From positions 1-44,517 of the IMG/VR virus record IMGVR_UViG_3300037991_007990: a stretch of 44,517 bases of DNA; one strand, written 5' to 3'. Shown here piece after piece: positions 17,365-26,548 of the stretch. Position numbers and translations under genes: made by a program. Positions within the stretch are counted from its first letter, which is position 1. Every line of letters starts with the position of its first letter. A model generated the notes under the pieces. The model was not told where the DNA came from. It ran no database searches and saw only the letters and a program-made list of their open reading frames with translations. Source of the stretch: a virus (Duplodnaviria; Caudoviricetes).

Positions 17365-19273
17365 ATGTCAATATCTCCTCTGCAGATGATTCATTGTATC
17401 CATATTCTTCAATCAAAGTTTGTATCATATCAGTATACTTTTTCTTTTGATCGTCATCTCTGGACTTAGACCTAGTGACAATTCTTGCAATATCTTTAAC
17501 AGATGAAATAAGATATTGTTCAATTGCTTCTTTTAAAGGACCATATGATCGATAATCAACTGTTTCACCTTTTCTCATCTTAGAAAACATAAATGCAGTC
17601 ACATCATTTCTAAAACCATCACGTGCTGAACCAACAACACCAATCATTTCCTCAATGGTTCTCATAAACTTTTCATCCGGCTCGGATTCTTCTCTAGTAA
17701 TTTTGTTCTTAACCTTTGTCTTTGTGGTAAAGCATTCGGCGTTATCCAAATAAGAGTCAAACAAAGATTGAGCCTGTTCTTCATAAGCAGTTATGAATGC
17801 TTTTGCAATTTCTGTCTCTAGAATTCTTAGATATTCTTCTCTAATTATTTTTTGTAATATTTCAAGATATCTTGTCTTTGCCTCTTCATCAATAATCTGT
17901 TCTTTGACCTGCTTAATTAATGAATCAACGACATTAATTGGTGTAATCATTCCATTGTCAGAGTCTGATAAAGCTGCATCTAGAGCCTTCATGATAAATC
18001 GTGTTGAGATACCTTCCATACCTTCATGTTTTGCTTCATCTTTAAGGTCACGAATGTCTACTTTTTTAACTCGTCCTTTTTCAATAATTGCTTCACCATT
18101 ATATATTTTCATTTTTGTTAGTAAGTCACACTTTCTTGAAGCTTGTAAACGACTCATTACTGAGAACATCGACGCAATTTTTAATGTGTGAGGAGCAATA
18201 TGAGCATCTGTGAAGTCTGATCTACGTATAATCTTCTCATATATTTTCTGCTCTTGGTCTAATTCTAGAACATAAGGTACTTCAATCTTCAGCACCCTAT
18301 CCAAAATAGCCTCGTTAGTGTGTTCAGATTTAAATCTGTTCCACTCTGACTCATTACAATGGGATAATATCACCCCGTCAAAATAAAGCATATCGTTTTT
18401 ACCTGGAGTAGGTACACGTTTCTCTTGGGTTGCTGTTAACATTGTATGTAAGAATTCAATTTCATTCTTGAAAACTTCAACAAATTCAACAATACCTCTA
18501 TTACCAACGTTGAAGGCACCATTTAGAGATAAAACTCTTGGATCATCTTCTGGGTATAGGTCTAATTTAGATATATCTTCTGTACCAATAAGAACTGACA
18601 CATCCTGTGAATTAGCGTCCATAGGAGGAACTACTGCAATTCCTCTTCTTCCTCTCTGGGAATAACCAGTTTGTTTTACAGGGAACTTTTCATACTCGCC
18701 GTTAAACTCATTCATTAATCTGTGGCGGCAAACCGGACACAAATCACCTTCAATGTGTACACCTAACAAATCTTCAAAATCACCTCTTAAACTTCTAGGT
18801 AAAAGGTGAAGAGGCTCTTCTCTTACTGGGCATCCGTCTAGATAGTAATAGTCTTCTGCTTCTTCCAGTGCACGCTTAACTGAATCAATCAGCGCTGATT
18901 TTCCTGCTCCAACAGGACCCATTAGGAGAAGAACCTGCCGGCTTTCCTCACCTTTGAATGCTGCCGACTTCATGAATCTCATTAATTTATTAATGACTGA
19001 TTCCATTCCAAAAAATTCTTTTTCAAAATAATCATATTTTCTAATTTTGTCACCGTTAAAGATATCCCTATAACCGTCAGCACCTACATCTAATGTGTCA
19101 ACACCTCTGTCTTTAATTGTTTCATAAAGCCTTCTGTGTGCTAGCTTAACTGACCCGGGATTCTCCCTAACTAGTTCGAGATATTCTAAAAATGTGCCTT
19201 CGAACTTATCTTTTTTTCTTTGCTCTCTTTGCTTCTTAATAATTGATAAGAAGTCATTTTTGCTGCGTGCCAT
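17333..19273 (-). CDS. prkA: PrkA/YeaG family AAA+ ATPase / serine protein kinase
   Basis: FFGME, LLLMGPVGAGKS, CPVREEPLHL, GNRGIVEFVEVFK, LTATQE, EAILDR, IAPHTL, EGMEGISTRF. Confidence 0.95.
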   Translation of the reverse strand: MARSKNDFLSIIKKQREQRKKDKFEGTFLEYLELVRENPGSVKLAHRRLYETIKDRGVDTLDVGADGYRDIFNGDKIRKYDYFEKEFFGMESVINKLMRFMKSAAFKGEESRQVLLLMGPVGAGKSALIDSVKRALEEAEDYYYLDGCPVREEPLHLLPRSLRGDFEDLLGVHIEGDLCPVCRHRLMNEFNGEYEKFPVKQTGYSQRGRRGIAVVPPMDANSQDVSVLIGTEDISKLDLYPEDDPRVLSLNGAFNVGNRGIVEFVEVFKNEIEFLHTMLTATQEKRVPTPGKNDMLYFDGVILSHCNESEWNRFKSEHTNEAILDRVLKIEVPYVLELDQEQKIYEKIIRRSDFTDAHIAPHTLKIASMFSVMSRLQASRKCDLLTKMKIYNGEAIIEKGRVKKVDIRDLKDEAKHEGMEGISTRFIMKALDAALSDSDNGMITPINVVDSLIKQVKEQIIDEEAKTRYLEILQKIIREEYLRILETEIAKAFITAYEEQAQSLFDSYLDNAECFTTKTKVKNKITREESEPDEKFMRTIEEMIGVVGSARDGFRNDVTAFMFSKMRKGETVDYRSYGPLKEAIEQYLISSVKDIARIVTRSKSRDDDQKKKYTDMIQTLIEEYGYNESSAEEILTYASNNLWRDS

Positions 19274-19328
19274 ATATTATTACTCCTGTTTCTCTACAAT
19301 AATATTTTATTGTTTTTTGAATGTAAAA

Positions 19329-20654
19329 TTAAATTTCCCAAACTTCTTCTTCTATGATCGTGTAAAGCTTTGCGTCAAAAGGCCAGATATCTCTAACATG
19401 ATCCATTACTTTGTCTGCATAGTCCAAGTCAAGATCTCGACCGTCATGTTCATGCTTAAGAACTAGTGTATTATTTCCGTCGACACTGTCAACATAAACA
19501 TGGGGTATCATATTAATACCGGTATTTTTAATGAGTTCATTCCTCACAGTCTTCCAATCATCATGATCTACTACTTCAGAAACTACTGCGCTACCATCTT
19601 TTTTATTCTCATAAGCGAAGAAGTTTAATTCTCTAAAGTCTTCTTCATCAAGTAGCATTCTTAAAGCTGATACATCGTCACTAGTCTCTCTTACTTCAAA
19701 GCACCTTTCTAAACCTTCTTCTCTCTCTATTTTTTGAAAAATATAGAAACCGACATGGTATGGATTGACTCTTCCTAAATGGGGCCTGACAACTGCGTTG
19801 TGCATTTTAAGAAAGGGCAAGTGCATCGAATCTGGTAATTTTAAATCATGAAGTATTTTATAGTGCCAGAATGATGCCCATCCTTCGTTTAATATTTTTG
19901 TCTGTATTTGTGGCATAAAGTACTGACTGTCTTCTTTAACAATATCAATTAGATCTAATTGCCAATTCTCAAAATAGTCAGGATAATACTCAGTAAAAAA
20001 TGCTAGCATGTCATGATCAGACTGCAAAAGCCTCTGTTTGTGAAGGACATCTGAGTTTAGAGTTATGCCTTTTTCTTTGTACTTGTTGTACTTTTTAATT
20101 TCATTTGCTTTGATTTCTTCTTTTGACTTTCTAGGAGAATTGTATCTATTAGTCTGGTATTTAATTGCATGTAGGCTATCTAAGAACTTCTCAACCTTGT
20201 CTTGTCCTATTAAGGGATCTTCTACATAACCCTGAATTCTTTTTTTAGCATTTCTCATTCTAGAAACTACGTGATCCGGATCGGTATTTTTAAAACATCT
20301 GTTATTTTTAAAAAAGTCACTATGACCAACACAGTGTGCCATAATAAGAATCTGAAGATATAGAGGGTTTTGCATCATCAAATAAGCAATCGAAGGATTA
20401 GAATTAATGATCATTTCATAAGGTAGACCGGTTTGTCCTAAGTTGTAGTTGAAGTGTGTTTGCTCAAATGATTTACCGAATGACCAGTGATTATAGTGAC
20501 TTGGCATGCCATGATATGACATGTGGCCTATCATTTCATAGTAATCGCATATTTCATAAGTTATTTCATGCCAGTCTAGCCCATAACTCTTTCCAATTTC
20601 ACATATTTTATCGTCCCACATCTTAAGATCTTTAACACCCCAATCAGAGCTCAT
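19329..20654 (-). CDS. spoVR: SpoVR/YcgB family protein
   Basis: GMPSHYNHWSFGK, YEMIINSNP, MAHCVGHSDFFKNN, PQIQTKILNEGWASFWH, NPYHVG. Start set at 20654 (GGAGG RBS). Confidence 0.95.
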   Translation of the reverse strand: MSSDWGVKDLKMWDDKICEIGKSYGLDWHEITYEICDYYEMIGHMSYHGMPSHYNHWSFGKSFEQTHFNYNLGQTGLPYEMIINSNPSIAYLMMQNPLYLQILIMAHCVGHSDFFKNNRCFKNTDPDHVVSRMRNAKKRIQGYVEDPLIGQDKVEKFLDSLHAIKYQTNRYNSPRKSKEEIKANEIKKYNKYKEKGITLNSDVLHKQRLLQSDHDMLAFFTEYYPDYFENWQLDLIDIVKEDSQYFMPQIQTKILNEGWASFWHYKILHDLKLPDSMHLPFLKMHNAVVRPHLGRVNPYHVGFYIFQKIEREEGLERCFEVRETSDDVSALRMLLDEEDFRELNFFAYENKKDGSAVVSEVVDHDDWKTVRNELIKNTGINMIPHVYVDSVDGNNTLVLKHEHDGRDLDLDYADKVMDHVRDIWPFDAKLYTIIEEEVWEI

Positions 20655-21813
20655 ACTTTCCTCCAAATAACTTGGCAAACTCAGGCCAAATATCAGCCTT
20701 GTCTTTGATTCTGCAAACTCTAAAGCTATTGCTAGTTAAAACCTCAAATACTTTCGCCATTTCTTCACCCCATATAGAACTTTGCTCAGGCTTGATCTGA
20801 ATATAACCTGCCAATTGACTCACGTCTGACAAGTAAGACATTTTCTCGAGAGCTTTTTCATTGTCTTCAGACCAGTTATCTCCGTCTGAACAGTGAAATG
20901 TATATATGTTCCAAGCAGTCGGGCTATACCTTTCATTGATGATATCCTCAGCCATTGCTAGACCTGATGATATAAAAGTGCCTCCGCTGCTAGCTTTTTT
21001 AAAGAAGTCATCTTCATTTACTTCTTGAGCTTCAGTTGTGTGAGAAATAAAAACAATGTCAACAGTTTGATACTTGTATCTAATAAACTGATATAGTAAA
21101 AAGAAGAATGATCTCGCTAGGAATTTTTTACGCTTACCCATTGAACCTGAAACATCCATAATCATAAAGATGACAGCGTTTGTGATAGGCTTTTTCTTCA
21201 CTTCAATATGCTTATATTTTAAATCATCATAGTGAAAAGGAAACCTTTCTTCGCTTTCCGGATCGTAAGTGCCATTTTTAACTGCTTGTTTTTGTCTTCT
21301 AATTTTATTTTTAAGCGTTTCTTTCTTTGACAGTCTGGCTCTGATGCCTTTTGGTCGATAACCCTTTCTCTTTATTTTCTCAGCCATCACAGTTGAAGAC
21401 TGTTTTTTGTCCAAGTCTGGTAAATTTAGATCATCAAAAAGATATTTTGCTAATTCGTCTAGTGATATTTCTACATCGTAATAGTCTTCACCTTTATTAT
21501 CACCTGGCTTACCCGGTTTTCCACCTTGTCCTTTTTGATTAGGTTTTCTAACAACTTGACCTTTTTGTATGTCCTGACCTTGAGCAGAACCTACACCTTT
21601 AGTACCGTTCCCAGTGCCATGGATGAATTGATATTCTTTAATACCCCTTACTGGTATCTTAATTTTCTTTTTACCGTCTTGACCTATAATAGATTCTTCA
21701 GCAACAATATCATGAATGCCTTCCTTTATTGCTTTCTCTATCTTTTCTTTGTGGCGTCTTCTATCTGAAGCTGAACGATCAGCAACAGTTTTGTGATTTT
21801 TAAAAATAGACAT
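20644..21813 (-). CDS. yeaH: YeaH/YhbH (DUF444) vWA-domain protein
   Basis: DRRRH, MDVSGSM (MIDAS), SGGTFISS, FHCSDGDNW. Confidence 0.93.
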   Translation of the reverse strand: MSIFKNHKTVADRSASDRRRHKEKIEKAIKEGIHDIVAEESIIGQDGKKKIKIPVRGIKEYQFIHGTGNGTKGVGSAQGQDIQKGQVVRKPNQKGQGGKPGKPGDNKGEDYYDVEISLDELAKYLFDDLNLPDLDKKQSSTVMAEKIKRKGYRPKGIRARLSKKETLKNKIRRQKQAVKNGTYDPESEERFPFHYDDLKYKHIEVKKKPITNAVIFMIMDVSGSMGKRKKFLARSFFFLLYQFIRYKYQTVDIVFISHTTEAQEVNEDDFFKKASSGGTFISSGLAMAEDIINERYSPTAWNIYTFHCSDGDNWSEDNEKALEKMSYLSDVSQLAGYIQIKPEQSSIWGEEMAKVFEVLTSNSFRVCRIKDKADIWPEFAKLFGGKYEL

Positions 21814-21894
21814 ATTTTTCCTATTGATATGTATATATATTTTATATCTTTATAACATAAAGTTAATATTTAATATTATTAATCAGGGACATAT

Positions 21895-22698
21895 ATGAGT
21901 AATGACACTAAATTAATAAAGCAAGTACTGTATAATTTACAAAAATTAAATGAAAAAAAGAAGAAATTGACAAAGAAACAACAAAAAATAGACGTCGATG
22001 GAAGCGGTACAATCAATGCTAAAGACTTTGAATTACTTAGAAAACAAAAATCTAAAAAGGAAGTGGAAGATATAGGCGAGAAAGACTCATTAGAAGAAAT
22101 TCTAGAATCATTTATTCAATTAGAAGCAAACCCTCCTGAATATGATGCTCCTCAGGGAAGTAAAAGAGCTAAACAAATACAAATGTCTAAAGACGATATA
22201 GCAAGTGGTGACCCTGAGAGAATTGCACGAGGGCGCAGAAGAAGAGAAAGAATGGAAAAGGAAGAGAGAGATAAAGCGGCAAAACAAAAAAAGAATGAGT
22301 CGCTATCATTTTCTAGACATCAATTAAATGAGTTGATTAGTGAAGCAGTCGAGGCAGAAAAGCTAGCAATCATGCTAGAAAAGGTTGAAGAACTGGAAGA
22401 AAAGAAGAAGCGCAAGAAGAGAAAAAAGAGAAAGAAGAAAAAGTCAGGCAAGTCAAGCAAGGGCCTTTCAGCAGCTGTTAAAAAGTCTTTGGACAAGAAA
22501 GCAGACAGGAGAGGCCTCACTAGGGGTTCAGTTTATGCTGAGTTTAGAAAAGGACTAGCTGCCTATTACACATCCGGGTCCCGAAAAGGTATGACAGCAC
22601 ATCAGTGGGCCCATGCTCGTGTTAACTCTGCAAATCCAAGTAAGTCCTGGGCTGTTGTTAAGAAGCGCAAGGGCGGAAAGAAGAAAAAGAAGAAATAA
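21895..22698 (+). CDS. Lys-rich phage protein with EF-hand-like loop and conserved C-terminal motif (DUF5824-like)
   Basis: DVDGSGTINAKDF loop; poly-K/R tracts; RKGLAAYYTSGSRKGMTAHQWAHARVNS. Confidence 0.55.
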   Translation: MSNDTKLIKQVLYNLQKLNEKKKKLTKKQQKIDVDGSGTINAKDFELLRKQKSKKEVEDIGEKDSLEEILESFIQLEANPPEYDAPQGSKRAKQIQMSKDDIASGDPERIARGRRRRERMEKEERDKAAKQKKNESLSFSRHQLNELISEAVEAEKLAIMLEKVEELEEKKKRKKRKKRKKKKSGKSSKGLSAAVKKSLDKKADRRGLTRGSVYAEFRKGLAAYYTSGSRKGMTAHQWAHARVNSANPSKSWAVVKKRKGGKKKKKK

Positions 22699-22716
22699 AC
22701 TAAAAGGAATAATAAA

Positions 22717-23619
22717 GTGAAACTATCTAAAAAACAACTTATTAAATTAATAAAAGAAACAATATATGTCGATCCTAAAGGTGTGGCGATTAGGGATATC
22801 GACGTCCCAGATTCTGTTTACCAAAAAGATAAAAGAGTATCACAGACACCACACCCCAATGTTCAAGCTTTAATGAAAGGAGGCCCTAAAGAACAGGCCA
22901 TGGCTAGAGAACTAGCAATGTCAGGCTTGTTTCCCAGTAATAAAGGTTTAGATTATCATGGGGCTGAATATATGTATATAGAAGATCCAAAAGAATTTAT
23001 GAATCGTATGTGGAGTGGAAATAAGTATAACATAATAATATTTGGAATGAATTGCGAATATGAAAATTCTGAAATAGATGAAAATATCCTAACACAAGCA
23101 TTTCAAGATGACGGTCTAGTATACGGTGAATTGCCAGCAGGTTCTCTACCAGGAGAAAATTACAGCGTTAGATACATCTTAGGTGACGATGTTAATTTTA
23201 ATAATGATCCGGATAATTACCTGGAAAATCTAATTATGGATCGTTTAGATAATGAATACTCGAGCGATGGTTTTAACAGACCATGTGGCCACAAATTATA
23301 CCAAGAAGAAGTTATAGTCTTAGGATTTCCTATGATGCATAACAAAATTTTTAATGACATAGTAAAAAACAATAGTTTGAACTTAAACAAAAGAGAATTC
23401 CACGCTGTAGATATAGCCTTAACTACAAATGATGCTAACAATTTAGAATCACTAGGTTACTGTGATAGAGGAGACGGAGAATATATAGTCTCAAGCTTGG
23501 CAATTAATTTTATGGCAATAGCTGCCCAAAAAGTTTTAGGTTTAACCACTAATACAATTGTTGACGATACTATGAATATGTACCCAGACCATGTATTAAT
23601 GCCTGGGTCAGTTTTGTAA
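22717..23619 (+). CDS. Hypothetical protein with conserved N-terminal leader
   Basis: Starts MKLSKKQLIKLIKE (GTG start, AAGGA RBS). Confidence 0.7.
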   Translation: MKLSKKQLIKLIKETIYVDPKGVAIRDIDVPDSVYQKDKRVSQTPHPNVQALMKGGPKEQAMARELAMSGLFPSNKGLDYHGAEYMYIEDPKEFMNRMWSGNKYNIIIFGMNCEYENSEIDENILTQAFQDDGLVYGELPAGSLPGENYSVRYILGDDVNFNNDPDNYLENLIMDRLDNEYSSDGFNRPCGHKLYQEEVIVLGFPMMHNKIFNDIVKNNSLNLNKREFHAVDIALTTNDANNLESLGYCDRGDGEYIVSSLAINFMAIAAQKVLGLTTNTIVDDTMNMYPDHVLMPGSVL

Positions 23620-23621
23620 AA

Positions 23622-24326
23622 TTAAAGACTTAAGTCAACATCAAAAACGTTATCTTTCATATCATAAAGTTTTTGTATATCTCCTTCACTGCGCAGTACC
23701 TTATAAATAATATTCTCATCGGCCATCTCACCGCTTTTTTCGAGACCGGCCGAACGCATATCACGAATTTTATTTATGAGTTTTTCTAGTCCTTTAATAT
23801 TTCTATTCATCTTGGCTTCTTCTATTTCTATATCGATTAGCCTTTTAAAATACTTTACTTTCCTAGCAACATTAGTTCTATCAAACTCTTTTCTAAATTT
23901 ACTAGGCTTCTCTAACCACTTATCATTTTTGATAGAATACACTCCGCTACTAGCGTGGGGTTCATTAATATCTTGCGCGTACATTTCAACTTCGATATTT
24001 AAAACTCTAATATCATGTCGATCGTTCCAGAATTGGCGCTTAGCCTTTAAGAACTCCTCAACTAAGTCAACATCCTTATTGATAGACTTTGGATCCACAA
24101 TAATATGTAGATCAATGTCTGAATAGGGTGTATAGTTGTAATTTGCATATGACCCTGTCATTGTGATATCAGCAACATCGATAGGTATACCGAGATAATC
24201 AATAAATACATCAGCTATTTCTAGCAGTTGATCACGTATCGCAGGTTTTAATTTTTCTTCTTTCCAAAGTTTTTCTGATAATTCTTGATGGGGTAAATGT
24301 TGTTTTATTTTGCCAGTAATTGACAT
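23622..24326 (-). CDS. Pol-beta superfamily nucleotidyltransferase
   Basis: TGSYANYNYTPYSDIDLHI (GS...DxD), VEMYAQD. Confidence 0.82.
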   Translation of the reverse strand: MSITGKIKQHLPHQELSEKLWKEEKLKPAIRDQLLEIADVFIDYLGIPIDVADITMTGSYANYNYTPYSDIDLHIIVDPKSINKDVDLVEEFLKAKRQFWNDRHDIRVLNIEVEMYAQDINEPHASSGVYSIKNDKWLEKPSKFRKEFDRTNVARKVKYFKRLIDIEIEEAKMNRNIKGLEKLINKIRDMRSAGLEKSGEMADENIIYKVLRSEGDIQKLYDMKDNVFDVDLSL

Positions 24327-25237
24327 TGTTTATCTCCGTATAATTCTCTGTATTTAAGTATCGCCTGTTCTTTGGCTTTTGCCTCAAATACTACATCAAT
24401 ATCCAAACCGTAGTCTTGCACTTCTTGCAAGATATAATCGCTATGTGCTTGGGGTTTGACATTTAAACCTTCATTAAGCGCTTTAGATTCTGAATAGTGA
24501 CAACAAGGTCGTACATCACCCCAAGTGCTAGCAGCTAGCTTAAGTGCTTCTTCTTCTGTTTGCCCACCTGTACAAAACTTGTGGTGGTGGTAGTCAAAAA
24601 CAATTGGGACACCTAGGCGCTCGTAGACCTGATACAGATCTTTAGTACTGTACATGCTAGCTTTGTCATCATTTTCTAGTGTGATACGCGTCTTGACACT
24701 TTCTGGCAATCTTTCGTAGTTTTTGCACCAGCGATCGATAGCCGACTGCTTATCACCGTAGGTTGCACCAATGTGTATGTTAATTTTTGACCAGCGATCA
24801 CGTGCCATACCAATAGTATCCATTATCTTGCCGTGCGTGTCTAGATCTTTGATTGAATTGGCAACGACATGTTCTTTTGGGCTAGTGAGGATATTAAATG
24901 GTCCGGGATGGAAAGAAAGACGTATACCACAGTGCTTTGCATAAGCACCAACTTTTTTAAGATTGATTTGTATTTGTTCCCAGTGGGGCAGATCTTCTAA
25001 CTCATACTCAGATGCCCATGGGAATAGGCAGGATGTCATACGAAAGACTTTAATGTTGTTCTTATGATTCCACATAAGGATGGGCAAAAGGTTTCTTGTG
25101 TTATGTTCTGCCAACTCTGAAGCATAAGAAATACCTTTTGCCTTGAAAGTGCGCTTGATCATACCACGATTTGTTGTGATTTTTTGTGTTTTTTGAAGGT
25201 GCATGTTAATACATGCATAACCTAACCTGATTGTCAT
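24305..25237 (-). CDS. uvsE: UV damage endonuclease UvsE/UVDE
   Basis: LGYACIN, RLSFHPGPF, INIHIG, LENDD, PIVFDYHHH, HYSES, AHSDY, EAKAKE. Confidence 0.95.
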   Translation of the reverse strand: MTIRLGYACINMHLQKTQKITTNRGMIKRTFKAKGISYASELAEHNTRNLLPILMWNHKNNIKVFRMTSCLFPWASEYELEDLPHWEQIQINLKKVGAYAKHCGIRLSFHPGPFNILTSPKEHVVANSIKDLDTHGKIMDTIGMARDRWSKINIHIGATYGDKQSAIDRWCKNYERLPESVKTRITLENDDKASMYSTKDLYQVYERLGVPIVFDYHHHKFCTGGQTEEEALKLAASTWGDVRPCCHYSESKALNEGLNVKPQAHSDYILQEVQDYGLDIDVVFEAKAKEQAILKYRELYGDKQCQLLAK

Positions 25238-25262
25238 AATAGCTCCTTGATTGTATAGTTAT

Positions 25263-25290
25263 ATTATATAATACTATTTTGTACGTTACA
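25263..25290 (-). promoter_or_regulatory. TGTAAC-N16-TATAAT promoter upstream of uvsE
   Basis: Same element as the repeated promoters at 36.7-44.3 kb. Confidence 0.7.
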
Positions 25291-25324
25291 TTTTTGTGTA
25301 ATACTTAAAATTATAAGGGTTTGT

Positions 25325-26113
25325 ATGTATGTAGATTATTTAATTAGACATTGGAGAGAAATTATGTGGGGATCTATTCTATCTTTTTTTAGTATGTTTT
25401 ACTTGTTTAGTTGCCATGGTCACCCAAAAATAGTAACGCCAAATTTCAATAAACAATTTACACACCAATTATCAAATTTTACATTTTTAGTCAAGGAAGT
25501 TAATCTCACTTTCTGTGACGAAGTCGATAAAGAATTAGGAACTTGTGATGAAGTAGTATTTCCAGAATCATCCGCTAGTGGAGTAGTAATATCACAATCA
25601 CAATCTCACTTATTCATATTAACCGCAAATCATTTTTGTGTTGACACTCCTCCCGAGCAAGAAGCACCAATGGAAGGGGAAAGAATAATTCAAGTTTACA
25701 TAGGTCATACTAAGCGAGATGCCAAAGTGGTCATGGACGACAAAGATAATGATCTGTGCCTTTTAGAAGCGTTAAAGTTTAAAAAAGAAAATTTTAAACC
25801 GGTAATTTTTGCCAGCGAAATGCCAAAGATAGGTGAAAAGCTTTATAACTTTGCCGCACCAGACGGCATTGGTTCCCCTAACACACGACTTATGTTTGAT
25901 GGTTATTTTGCAGGTTGTGAACAAGGATTTTGTATGTACTCCATACCCGCAACATTTGGTAGTAGTGGATCAGCAGTTTATAATGAAAAGGGAGAGCTAG
26001 TCTCAATTTTAGTCGCAGCTGCAATTGATTTTGAAAGTGTGTCTATGGGCCCAGACATCTCAAAAATAACAAATTTTGTAAAGTCGATTGATAAAGTTGT
26101 AGATATTTACTAA
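25325..26113 (+). CDS. Trypsin-like serine protease with N-terminal hydrophobic anchor
   Basis: LTANHFC (His), DLCLL (Asp), FGSSGSAV (Ser). Confidence 0.88.
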   Translation: MYVDYLIRHWREIMWGSILSFFSMFYLFSCHGHPKIVTPNFNKQFTHQLSNFTFLVKEVNLTFCDEVDKELGTCDEVVFPESSASGVVISQSQSHLFILTANHFCVDTPPEQEAPMEGERIIQVYIGHTKRDAKVVMDDKDNDLCLLEALKFKKENFKPVIFASEMPKIGEKLYNFAAPDGIGSPNTRLMFDGYFAGCEQGFCMYSIPATFGSSGSAVYNEKGELVSILVAAAIDFESVSMGPDISKITNFVKSIDKVVDIY

Positions 26114-26127
26114 TAAAAGAGGATATC

Positions 26128-26547
26128 ATGAAATTACATGTTGACCATGACTTGCATTATACACCTGAGCAGCTGAAACTTGCTGGAGAATTCATTTTAT
26201 TCTGTGCAGATAGTTTACCAATAGAGGGCGACTTTGAAGTCTTCCTGGCCAATTCTCGTGAACGACATGGCATAGCAACAACAGCTGTCTACGAAGTGGG
26301 AAACAATTGTTGTAAAGTCTATTGTAAGAACAGGGCTTTGGCAGATGTTTTAAGATCTATCGCACATGAAATGACTCACATGATGCAAGATCAAATAGGG
26401 ATATTACGAGGCAACATCAGAGATGCTGGAGGTTTTCACGAGGATCAAGCAAATGCTAAAGCTGGTGAGCTAATTAAACTATTTGCAAAATCAGCACCAG
26501 GTAGAAGAGCAATTTATGAATCTAGATTGAGAAGTACCTTGACTTAG
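26128..26547 (+). CDS. Zincin-like HExxH metallopeptidase domain protein
   Basis: RSIAHEMTHMMQ followed by EDQANAKAG. Confidence 0.7.
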   Translation: MKLHVDHDLHYTPEQLKLAGEFILFCADSLPIEGDFEVFLANSRERHGIATTAVYEVGNNCCKVYCKNRALADVLRSIAHEMTHMMQDQIGILRGNIRDAGGFHEDQANAKAGELIKLFAKSAPGRRAIYESRLRSTLT

Positions 26548-26548
26548 G

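Noticed and set aside
1-25237. Bacterial chromosome origin suggested by GTs, phoH, prkA, spoVR and uvsE
   Set aside because: There are no housekeeping operons, transporters or polysaccharide export genes. The mix with fibre-like, tagged and small promoter-driven genes fits a large phage better, though no hallmark gene proves it.
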